Positions 20,101 to 25,844 of a stretch of 25,844 nt of DNA are shown piece after piece (within the stretch, counting starts at the first letter, position 1; every line of letters begins with the position of its first letter). The translations under genes were made by a program, and so were the position numbers. Where the stretch lies: positions 1 through 25,844 of IMG/VR virus record IMGVR_UViG_3300035135_001643, one strand, 5' to 3'. The notes beneath the pieces are model-generated. The model did no database searches. It worked only from the letters and a program-made list of their open reading frames with translations, and was not told the origin of the DNA. The DNA comes from a virus (taxonomy: Duplodnaviria > Caudoviricetes).

Positions 20101-22422
20101 CTTGACGGTGCCCAAGGTTCTTTCTATCTAAACGCAGGAAACTTAAGTGCTGGTACACTGCCAACAGATAGACTTGCTGGTACATACAATATCGCTATTT
20201 CTGGTCAAGCTGGTAACACTTTACGTTTGATTAGTGGTACTAGCAACCCAACATCGAGTCCAGCGCCAAGTGCATTCTCTACTGGTGTTATTGCTGATAC
20301 TAGAAATAATAACGCAGATAATTTAAATGATGGAGGAAGTAAGCATTTAACATTGACTCTCAGAAATGGTGGTTCTGGAACAGATGCTACTTTTGGTGGC
20401 GTAAGACAACTTGCGTTTACCGATAATGATAATATGTGGATCCGTGGTTCTGGATCTACGTTATCTACATTTGGTACGTGGTATAAAGTCTTCCACTCTG
20501 GAAATGATGGTCCTGGAACAGAACTAGATTCTGACCGTTTAGATAATCGCCAAGGAGCATGGTATCAAAATGCTCTGAATATCAACTACGGAACACTCAG
20601 CAATAATCGCCTTCCAACATATCAGACTGCTAAGGACTTTAACAATGAGGTAAGAATTCTTACTACTACAAGTCAACAAAGAGTTGATATCTACATTATT
20701 GATCAAGTCCTTACCGCATCACCTTTCTTAGTCAGTCAAACTGTCAATCTTTATGAGATTGATGGTGTTACATCTCCTGGAACTCTACTGATTACAAATG
20801 TTGTAACTAATGTAGATGTAAATGATACTTTCAATAACTACACTATTATTAGTGGAACACTAACTAGTGGCAACCCAGGTAATGCTGTTAAGATTGGTAC
20901 TGCTAGCAATCAAGTCTTCTTCCAAGATTATACTCTTAATAGTGGAGGAACTTTTGAAACTGCATCACTACAAAGTGATTCAGGAACAGCAAGATTAGTT
21001 CTTGGAAGATTTGACGGTAACGCATCTAACCCAACCCTTGACTTTAAGTCAAGCACCCTAGCTGCTTCTGATTATAATGTCAGACTCGAAGCTTCTGGCG
21101 GTAATGCTACAAACGGTAGTGGTTCTCTGAATGTAACTGTTGGAACTGTCAATGACTTCAAAGTCAATAACAACATTATTTGGAACGCAGGCAATATCAC
21201 ATTCCAGTCTTCTAACGTAGCAAGCACTGGTGTCATTCGTGATTCTTCTGGTAACTTCTCTGCTGGCACAATCACCGCTTCAATCACGGGTGCTTCTTCG
21301 CTCAACGTATTGAAGTCAGGAGATACCATGACGGGTTCTCTAACCTTGACTGGTGGATCTTCTAACTTGATTGTTGGTGGAACTGGTGGATTTACTGGTG
21401 CTGTCACGATGAGCAGCAACCTAACAGTTGATAGCGGAACTCTATTTGTTGATGCTACCAACAACGAAGTTGGTATTGGCACACTAAATCCTCCAGATAA
21501 GCTCTCAGTAATTGGTGGAGCATTTAGTGTCAATGGCGGCAGTGGTGCTAATGATATTGGTTCTACAAATGCTTTTGGTATTGTCTATGATGCTCAGGGC
21601 GGTATTGCCAGATTGATGGCAAAATCAACTGGTGGTAGCACATACATCAATTTCGTCACATCAAACGCTGGAACTGTAACTAATCATATTCAGATCAATA
21701 ATACTGGTGATTTCATTCCACTAGCATCTGGAAAAGACCTTGGTAATAATACAAATGCTGGTAGGTGGGATGTTGTATATTCAAATACACTAAGAGCTCA
21801 AACAAGCATTCAAATCAATAATGCTTCTGGTAACTCTGGTGCTCCAATCATCTTTGCTGGTTCCTCTGGATATAAGAACTTCAGAATTGGTAACCAAGTA
21901 GCAGGTAATGATCTGTTTGAAATTACCCCATCCACTGCTGCTGGCGGAACTACATTCACACTAGCAACTGTTGCTGGTCTGTTGATGGATGGTGCTGGTA
22001 ATGTTTCCATCGGTCAAACAAGTGTAGATGCTACTTATAAGTTAGAAGTTGGCGGAAACATCAACTTTACTGGAACTCTTTATCAAGATGGATCACCATT
22101 CGTTACCTCACGTTGGACTGAGACTGCTAATGGAACTGATATTTACAGAGGATCTAAGGTTGGTATCAACAAACCAAACAATACCAATCTAACTTATGCT
22201 CTGGATGTTACTGGCACTGTTGGTATTACAAATGGACAATTGTATGCTAACGGCGACAGGCAATGGATTGATACTTATGGTGTTCTCAAATCAAATAGAA
22301 ATACTATTTCTGAAAATGTCACTATTCCACAAAATACCAACTGTATGAGTGCTGGTCCACTAGAGATAAATAATGGATATACGATTACTATTGAAGACGG
22401 AGCATCCTGGAGCATTGTATAA
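14134..22422 (+). CDS. Long tail fibre / tail-associated protein (2762 aa) with split pectin-lyase-like beta-helix, CBM5/12-like modules, helical repeats and fibre shaft motifs
   Basis: IYVSQQIGSDDNDGRS..PVRTIKKA (beta-helix cap motif); GGSGYTxxPxVT domains; DSGLDADLLDG and ELDSDRLDN repeats; VGIGTLNPPDKLSVIG and VGINKP..YALDVTG shaft motifs; C-terminal ISENVTIP..MSAGPLEINNGYTITIEDGASWSIV. Confidence 0.82.
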   Translation: MSFKINSDRERIHGDNTRIVGTNETTFRIGSGASEKEILRIQTDPVNNLARIGLNRTGRKVETITINENQGGSGYTIVPDVTLSAPDLSDGVQAQATALISNGSVVAIVVDNAGDGYTSPPTVTISGGNGAGAQATAKLDTVDFELDVNGAIRTSTSIISDTAKILNLDIENLITPDADLRAPFLKTYANGTGVVWVPNVILQKGAYRYFGSNVYEALNAGQTGTTGPTHTSGAVLNGEVQLNHIGYRVNDPNAPHYGITGDSGVFPRSVTPQLGDKSNAVATTEYVLNLATNDVGGRIYVSQQIGSDDNDGRSAVNPVRTIKKAAQLAWATPGVKETLIVSGGDYVEDNPISLPPDCSIVGDNLRLVIIRPANPRKHMVKFGDKNYLIGVTFRDAIDSAGDPVHTWDFAMVFDDKQRIYYDSTTGGDFERSFPIGHQIFGLPKIRVDFQSNTGLSNLVNGLRVRGVNTGAVADITDVSFTTITGASAYTSGSVDADIVSGSFNTGETFQYGGVGTLVWEASTAYTLGQVVWANDYVYTVTAAGTSGTGSPNHSSGTATNGTVDFEYLRDAYEFVSTDIRSIRAEGEVVSIDEDLTTTLPISRINFALQGTTDVVTGGYQSAQFGNAEDLGGIVFYTNDLVGRQNTHNFKAGQEIVISGLPTSNPDLSALNGKQRIYKVFEDADGRARRFVIPKKFPSISDSNLDPGQFATVSSFEKSITISLLNSPNKFSMATPTDRRYQDACLLIRNNIDFIADESYLRLVSEFPNLVVPGGPAKCKRDIGHFINSIVRDLQFGSNYNVIESAEYYVEGTQIGYVDTEIIETVRAFEYARELMIYAMRNWRTANGLVSDPIYTPQYSSEARYFDDTVITTTAGNPACDDVRAAIDSLAYLFVDVLTNNASGTVLDGAYLIARNETFIAEEALGYGTAQYPALTFTIDAQDIGSVLEGLIRDLCLGGNAGIVNVAESYFTGTELTGIPTDEQGPANFVFSKVKELAILAMRNWKTGDGTGPVYTPVYSGTSLFIDSTILVDGTTPICAGVETAINTEMELLEDILDGTIAAGATTRTFGTLYNTDSIISYPDSTIYDADNKIVTPRADFDDYPIIEASPYTQNSSVISFLGGGGALVDGSKVKQPNCPFPGLELDGSATFPNQGKSMVASAFTIVSFGGTGYKVINDGYTQLVSVFVIFCEDGVLAESGGYCSITNSATNFGTFALRGTGFREEAYTFDVGTITNVSTTPTGRTIFTVDGLGREPLEHYIVKIDGYSNSNTNIEYFVESIAGVTVGPPFSAQLTIDDGQGNAGAFIDNSTGNAVSTNTATFSGATLRLHRPSIVNSSSHTWEFAGSGTNYNALPENGGVKIEANEQVSENYGRVYVSGTDELGDFKVGTFARIENRTGAITFTGTVTISEVEFLKLKGGDVVVTGFSADNTLGGAQSSDGQLPTQKAVRDYITNNLGPYINKPYSTNAVPRALVELTDSGKISVDQIPALRPFQVYTVADQAARTSIEGALAGDIAIQQDTSTSFILNDDNDSLFLAFNVDTNLAFTIGDIFTGDVTGGQIQATEYREGVLYQINLTSGGSGYTTPPTVTISGGNPQAGAVQAAATTTIANGQVVTITIVDFNGYLGGKGYTTVPTITISGDGNGATATGFIESRLYGDIVNQVKIVDTDDIEDSTAAPNTNTVDLSRVVNTSSFDNANWVSLSSNQVAASDITSGVIETDRLASGGAANSFTFLRGDQNFALAVQSIKGAETRYFAILDVQGNNGSDQLIFPTNGDMLIGHDVVNNVTGIQANTTITNIVSASGQTTITLSNALTSDITAGTVIQFGRGASPLLLESTYTQGNFIDDVIIVNGGSGFTNGQYFDVGLSGGAGTGLRANLVVSGGAVTDVVVTDGGTGYNADFNVTNAPTEIGAGSSLVLAAKVSTVNRQYANTSIDVLRVTANTISADDFGTVGVARFDKSQFDIGLQGNGSVRLKTGADSGLDADLLDGAQGSFYLNAGNLSAGTLPTDRLAGTYNIAISGQAGNTLRLISGTSNPTSSPAPSAFSTGVIADTRNNNADNLNDGGSKHLTLTLRNGGSGTDATFGGVRQLAFTDNDNMWIRGSGSTLSTFGTWYKVFHSGNDGPGTELDSDRLDNRQGAWYQNALNINYGTLSNNRLPTYQTAKDFNNEVRILTTTSQQRVDIYIIDQVLTASPFLVSQTVNLYEIDGVTSPGTLLITNVVTNVDVNDTFNNYTIISGTLTSGNPGNAVKIGTASNQVFFQDYTLNSGGTFETASLQSDSGTARLVLGRFDGNASNPTLDFKSSTLAASDYNVRLEASGGNATNGSGSLNVTVGTVNDFKVNNNIIWNAGNITFQSSNVASTGVIRDSSGNFSAGTITASITGASSLNVLKSGDTMTGSLTLTGGSSNLIVGGTGGFTGAVTMSSNLTVDSGTLFVDATNNEVGIGTLNPPDKLSVIGGAFSVNGGSGANDIGSTNAFGIVYDAQGGIARLMAKSTGGSTYINFVTSNAGTVTNHIQINNTGDFIPLASGKDLGNNTNAGRWDVVYSNTLRAQTSIQINNASGNSGAPIIFAGSSGYKNFRIGNQVAGNDLFEITPSTAAGGTTFTLATVAGLLMDGAGNVSIGQTSVDATYKLEVGGNINFTGTLYQDGSPFVTSRWTETANGTDIYRGSKVGINKPNNTNLTYALDVTGTVGITNGQLYANGDRQWIDTYGVLKSNRNTISENVTIPQNTNCMSAGPLEINNGYTITIEDGASWSIV
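16348..17310 (+). repeat. Two tandem ~160-aa helical repeats in the 2762-aa protein
   Basis: DACLLIRNNIDFIADE...RDIG...IVRDLQFGSN...AEYY...ARELMIYAMRNWRT...PIYTPQYS...PACDDVRAAI versus DGAYLIARNETFIAEE...QDIG...LIRDLCLGGN...AESYF...VKELAILAMRNWKT...PVYTPVYS...PICAGVETAI. Confidence 0.85.
20071..20616 (+). repeat. Two LD(A/S)DxLD fibre repeats
   Basis: GADSGLDADLLDGAQGSFYLNAGNLSAGTLPTDRL (~20071-20175) and GPGTELDSDRLDNRQGAWYQNALNINYGTLSNNRL (~20509-20613). Confidence 0.8.
22365..22372 (+). promoter_or_regulatory. Putative late promoter (GATAAATA) embedded in the 3' end of the long fibre gene
   Basis: NATAAATA match 50 nt before ATG 22423; formed by codons GAG ATA AAT AAT. Confidence 0.65.
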
Positions 22423-23415
22423 ATGAGTATCTTATCAGTTCATGATCTGCAAGGTATTGCGGCTTATCAAAATAAAATCAGAATTCCTACTGGCAATCAA
22501 ATAGATTTTGATGGCAATTTAAAAATTCCTGTTTGGAATAATGACACAAGACCAGTTTCTGGGGAAACTGGAATGATTGGGTTTAATACAACTTCAAAAA
22601 AAGTTGAAATTTATGATGGAACTAAATGGTCTCCTATTGGAGGAGCAGAGTTAGGAAGTTTTGCAAATCCTGCTCCAAATGGAATTGTGTTGAGAGATAA
22701 TGGATTTTCCACTGGATATTATTGGATTCAACCTATCGGTTCTTCCGATAAAAAATATTGTTATGTCGATAATACAAATTATGGCGGTGGATGGGTATTA
22801 GTTCAAACTGTGGGATCTGCTAGTACATATCATGGAGATAGAACTACAGAACATAATTTATATACAACAACAGACAATGAAGGAAACGTTGCTTCATCTG
22901 TCATGTTCTCTGGAACTGGTTATAGTTCTTCTGATGGTAGAAGATTTTCAGATGAATTTGTAAAAGCAGTTGGAGCATTTACTAATGGCGGGGGAGAAGT
23001 TTTTAATTTAAGATTAGCAAGGAATGGAGCTCAACCACCTGGAGGACCGAACGATACATATGCTGGAGGAACAACAACAGATTGGCGTTATGCTGCGTTT
23101 GTAAGATATGATAATGGACTAAGTAACTATAGTTCTAACAATCACGGAGGTGGAAACCGTCCACCTATTGATATTTCTCACGCATATCCATTTAATTGGG
23201 AAACTGGAGGATCAGGACACTATATTCTTGCAAGCAATTCTAACTATAGAGTATTTGATTTTCACTCCGATCCATCTAGTATTCAATCATCTCGCTATGG
23301 TACTAATAGATTCTTATGGCAATATCCAGGCACTGGAGCAAATGGAATTTATGGGGGATCAGATTCATTTACTGGCAATTCCAATGGAAACCCAGGTTAC
23401 ATGTTTATTAGGTAA
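22423..23415 (+). CDS. Putative tail-fibre tip/adhesin with fibrinogen-like C-terminal domain (330 aa)
   Basis: N-terminal LKIPVW..TRP..GMIGFNT..KVEIYDGTKW module; TGYYWIQP...YVDNTNYGGGWVLV resembles the fibrinogen-related domain motif SGxYxIxP...VYCDMxxxGGGWTLV; ends in GYMFIR. Confidence 0.72.
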   Translation: MSILSVHDLQGIAAYQNKIRIPTGNQIDFDGNLKIPVWNNDTRPVSGETGMIGFNTTSKKVEIYDGTKWSPIGGAELGSFANPAPNGIVLRDNGFSTGYYWIQPIGSSDKKYCYVDNTNYGGGWVLVQTVGSASTYHGDRTTEHNLYTTTDNEGNVASSVMFSGTGYSSSDGRRFSDEFVKAVGAFTNGGGEVFNLRLARNGAQPPGGPNDTYAGGTTTDWRYAAFVRYDNGLSNYSSNNHGGGNRPPIDISHAYPFNWETGGSGHYILASNSNYRVFDFHSDPSSIQSSRYGTNRFLWQYPGTGANGIYGGSDSFTGNSNGNPGYMFIR

Positions 23416-23424
23416 AGCGAAAAA

Positions 23425-24387
23425 ATGCCATCAAAAATAAAGGTAGATACATTTACTAGTGATTCTGATTACATTCAGTTTACGAATGGGGTTTCCCTAG
23501 ACTTGTCACATCTTCCAACTGGTATTCCAATGCCAAACGGAGATGCTTCACAAAGACCAGGATCAACTCCAACTGGATTGGTTCGATATAACAGTGAGTA
23601 TGGATATCTAGAATATTTTGACGGCAAATATTGGTTTGATATTTCAAATAATTTTTTAGCATCTACAGATATACCAACGGACGATTTAGTTCTTTTGTTT
23701 GATCCATCTAATGCTAAATCATATTATAATGCTCCTGACGCATCAACTCAGAAATATTATTCGATGCGCTATAAAAATTCAAATACACTCAGAGGTGTAA
23801 ATGATCCAGTTCACACACCTCCATCTGGGTCAACTGGTGGATATTACACATTTTCTGGTCAAAACGCCAGCACAAAGTATTTTAGAAATTTAAATCATGG
23901 CGTATCTTCTATAGCAAACTGCACTCTCTCTATTTGGTTGAAGATGCCGTCAGTCGCAGTAAATCACAATATTCCATTTTGGATTAGTGATTCAGCAAAT
24001 AGAATGTTTTTTATTGATACTAGATCTGATTATAATTGGTTACAAATTTGTACTGAAACATTTTCACTAAACAGAAGACCATCCACAAGTCAATCTCAAG
24101 TAGCAGATGGTAATTGGCATCATATTGTGGCAATGAGAAACAATTCATCTGGTTGTTCTCTATACATCGACAATGTTGCTATTTCAGTTTCTCAACAAAA
24201 TGGTTATGGTGGTTGGGGCATATCCAATAACGATATGACACTCGGAGCGTCATTAGATAATGGAAATTTCTATAATGAATGGTTGCCATCTGGAAGTGGT
24301 GATATTGGTCCAGTTATGTTCTGGACCAGAGAACTCACAGCAGCAGAAATAAATAACGTATATAACTTCCACGCATCGCAGTATTAG
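23425..24387 (+). CDS. Putative tail-fibre tip/adhesin with LamG/concanavalin A-like domain (320 aa)
   Basis: N-terminal IPMPNGDASQRP..GLVRYNS..LEYFDGKYW module; LVLLFDPSNAKSY, TLSIWLK, DGNWHHIVAMR, LYIDN and VMFWTRELTAAEI are LamG-type motifs. Confidence 0.8.
   Translation: MPSKIKVDTFTSDSDYIQFTNGVSLDLSHLPTGIPMPNGDASQRPGSTPTGLVRYNSEYGYLEYFDGKYWFDISNNFLASTDIPTDDLVLLFDPSNAKSYYNAPDASTQKYYSMRYKNSNTLRGVNDPVHTPPSGSTGGYYTFSGQNASTKYFRNLNHGVSSIANCTLSIWLKMPSVAVNHNIPFWISDSANRMFFIDTRSDYNWLQICTETFSLNRRPSTSQSQVADGNWHHIVAMRNNSSGCSLYIDNVAISVSQQNGYGGWGISNNDMTLGASLDNGNFYNEWLPSGSGDIGPVMFWTRELTAAEINNVYNFHASQY
24348..24355 (+). promoter_or_regulatory. Putative late promoter (AATAAATA) embedded in the 3' end of the 320-aa gene
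   Basis: NATAAATA match 34 nt before ATG 24390; codons GAA ATA AAT AAC. Confidence 0.6.
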
Positions 24388-24389
24388 TA

Positions 24390-25283
24390 ATGGCAAGTAT
24401 TATTAAAGTAGATCAGGTAACAACACTCGATGGAACTGGATATGTTTCTGTTGGTGGAAAAGGATTTGATTTGTCTGCTGCTACTTCGGGTATTGTTTTA
24501 CCAACTGGAACTACAGCACAGAGACCAGCAGGAGCTCCTGTTGGCATGATGCGTTACAATACAACTCTAGATCAAGTAGAAGTTTTTGATGGTGTTGATT
24601 GGTTAGCTCCTGGTGAAATTCCAGTTCCAGATAGTTTACCACTACCAACTGGTTATAATATTGCGATGACCTTTGATGATAGTGCTGGTGGACTATTGCC
24701 AGCTAGCACTTGGACTATTACAAACAACGGAAGTCCAGTAACATATGTTGCTTCTGGTGGTGTTGGTGATAGTGGATACTTTAGTAGTGCTGGAAGAAGT
24801 GTTGCTAACAACTTCTTTAGGATAACAGAAGAAACATATCTTTCTGGAAAAAATAGAACATACTCTATTTGGTATAAGGGAACTCAGAGTGTTTCTCCAC
24901 AAACTTATGGTCCAGCAGTTCCATTATTTGGTGATATTAGAAACTCTGTTTATGGTGGAGTTGGAATGAGTAGTGGAAAAATTGAATTCCGAGATTCTGG
25001 TAACGCTTATCAAGGTCCAAATGTAAATACTGGTGATTGGGTTCATTGCGCTTGGACATTTAGTAGCGGCAATCAATTAAAAATCTATGTCAATGGCGCT
25101 CTAACAAATACTTACAATAGTATTAGTATTAATGGAAATACTAGACTGACAGACATTGGAGCACACTATCCATATTCTGGATACACAGCACCAGAAGCAA
25201 TTGATAGTGCTGTTGTATATGATAGGGTTCTGACAGATGCAGAAATCCAAGAAATTTATACAGCTGCTAACTTTATTGAATAA
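24390..25283 (+). CDS. Putative tail-fibre tip/adhesin with LamG/concanavalin A-like domain (297 aa)
   Basis: N-terminal IVLPTGTTAQRP..GMMRYNTTLDQVEVFDGVDW module; TYSIWYK, GDWVHCAWTF, LKIYVNG and VYDRVLTDAEIQEIY are LamG-type motifs; TAG-TAATG junction with the previous gene. Confidence 0.82.
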   Translation: MASIIKVDQVTTLDGTGYVSVGGKGFDLSAATSGIVLPTGTTAQRPAGAPVGMMRYNTTLDQVEVFDGVDWLAPGEIPVPDSLPLPTGYNIAMTFDDSAGGLLPASTWTITNNGSPVTYVASGGVGDSGYFSSAGRSVANNFFRITEETYLSGKNRTYSIWYKGTQSVSPQTYGPAVPLFGDIRNSVYGGVGMSSGKIEFRDSGNAYQGPNVNTGDWVHCAWTFSSGNQLKIYVNGALTNTYNSISINGNTRLTDIGAHYPYSGYTAPEAIDSAVVYDRVLTDAEIQEIYTAANFIE

Positions 25284-25287
25284 CTAA

Positions 25288-25295
25288 GATAAATA
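25288..25295 (+). promoter_or_regulatory. Putative late promoter (GATAAATA), intergenic
   Basis: NATAAATA match in the 34-nt gap, 22 nt before ATG 25318. Confidence 0.7.
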
Positions 25296-25317
25296 GCTTT
25301 ACTGAACCGAGAAAGAA

Positions 25318-25844
25318 ATGGCTGGAGATTTATCAGCAGGTCAGGTAAATTTGACAAGGGGGGTAAGACTTCCTAATTTTGCCGACGAAAACAGTTATCC
25401 AACATCACCAGATATTGGACTTTTAATTTTTGATTCTACCGAATTAAAAATGAAAGTATGGACTGGTGACCCAGAGGATGAAACAAATCCTGGCGGAGGA
25501 TGGGTAGCAGTTGGGGATAGCGTTGTTCTTGGTGGAAACAAGTCTCTTGGTTTCAATTGGAATGGGCTTTCTACTTATAACGGCGGCGGAAGTTCTGCTT
25601 CTATTAGTTCTTCCAGCGGTCCACTTGGACATGAATACTATAGTGTTTCTTACACTCCAACTTCAGCAACTTCTAAGTTGTTTATTTCTGTGAATATTCC
25701 ATGGATGGGAGAAACAACTAACCACTCTGACCACTTTACTTTTGGTTTATATAAAGACAGTAACTCTACAGCTTTAGCACTTTGGTATGCTGATGATAGA
25801 TATCAAGATAACGCTGATAGCGACTATCTAGGATCTGGAAACCA
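25318..25844 (+). CDS. Fourth putative tip/adhesin protein, 3'-truncated (absent from the ORF track)
   Basis: Hand translation is open to the window end: MAGDLSAGQVNLTRGVRLPNFADENSYPTSPDIGLLIFDSTELKMKVWTGD...GGGWVAVG...YSVSYTPTSATSKLFISVNIPW...; carries a divergent copy of the shared N-terminal module and follows a late-promoter motif. Confidence 0.8.
   Translation, partial: MAGDLSAGQVNLTRGVRLPNFADENSYPTSPDIGLLIFDSTELKMKVWTGDPEDETNPGGGWVAVGDSVVLGGNKSLGFNWNGLSTYNGGGSSASISSSSGPLGHEYYSVSYTPTSATSKLFISVNIPWMGETTNHSDHFTFGLYKDSNSTALALWYADDRYQDNADSDYLGSGN

Noticed and set aside
3-22422. Inteins, introns or homing endonucleases explaining the giant gene sizes
   Set aside because: No intein splice motifs, LAGLIDADG/HNH/GIY-YIG signatures or frame breaks were seen; repeated structural modules account for the size.
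923-24902. Numerous short minus-strand and alternate-frame ORFs in the track (60-153 aa)
   Set aside because: Almost all lie wholly within long + strand genes, lack recognisable motifs, and are expected shadows of biased codon usage.
25444-25693. ORFs 25444..25632 (-) and 25511..25693 (+, hydrophobic)
   Set aside because: Both overlap the better-supported gene starting at 25318; the hydrophobicity is an off-frame artefact of T-rich codons.
22423-25844. Shufflon or diversity-generating retroelement acting on the tip array
   Set aside because: All genes are on one strand with their own starts. I saw no repeated crossover sites, no recombinase or reverse transcriptase, and no TR/VR-like pair differing at adenines. 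Elements outside the window cannot be excluded.
1-25844. CRISPR arrays, tRNA/ncRNA genes, rho-independent terminators
   Set aside because: Intergenic gaps are at most 50 nt, and no spaced direct repeats, cloverleaf or GC stem plus U-tract were found.

Overview
AT-rich, entirely + strand virion-structural region whose gene content and motifs best fit a T4-like marine myovirus, most likely a cyanomyophage (inference from recognised motifs; no database search was run). Gene order: 5'-truncated VrlC/DUF4815-like giant structural protein (<3-8045), a 68-aa coiled-coil protein, a 1775-aa fibre-like protein, a 168-aa structural protein and a 2762-aa tail-fibre-like protein. These are followed by a tandem array of at least four small proteins (three complete at ~300-330 aa, the last 3'-truncated and missing from the ORF track) that share an N-terminal module but carry different lectin-like C-terminal heads. 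Most notable: (1) the 1775-aa protein appears built from recursively nested (Russian-doll) domain insertions, with an intact type-1 copper ligand set (H...CTVHPGM) at the innermost point; (2) a putative plug-in receptor-binding tip array directly behind the long fibre gene; (3) T4-type late promoters (NATAAATA) written into the last codons of upstream genes through ATA-AAT-A. No RNA genes, CRISPR, mobile elements or DGR components were seen.
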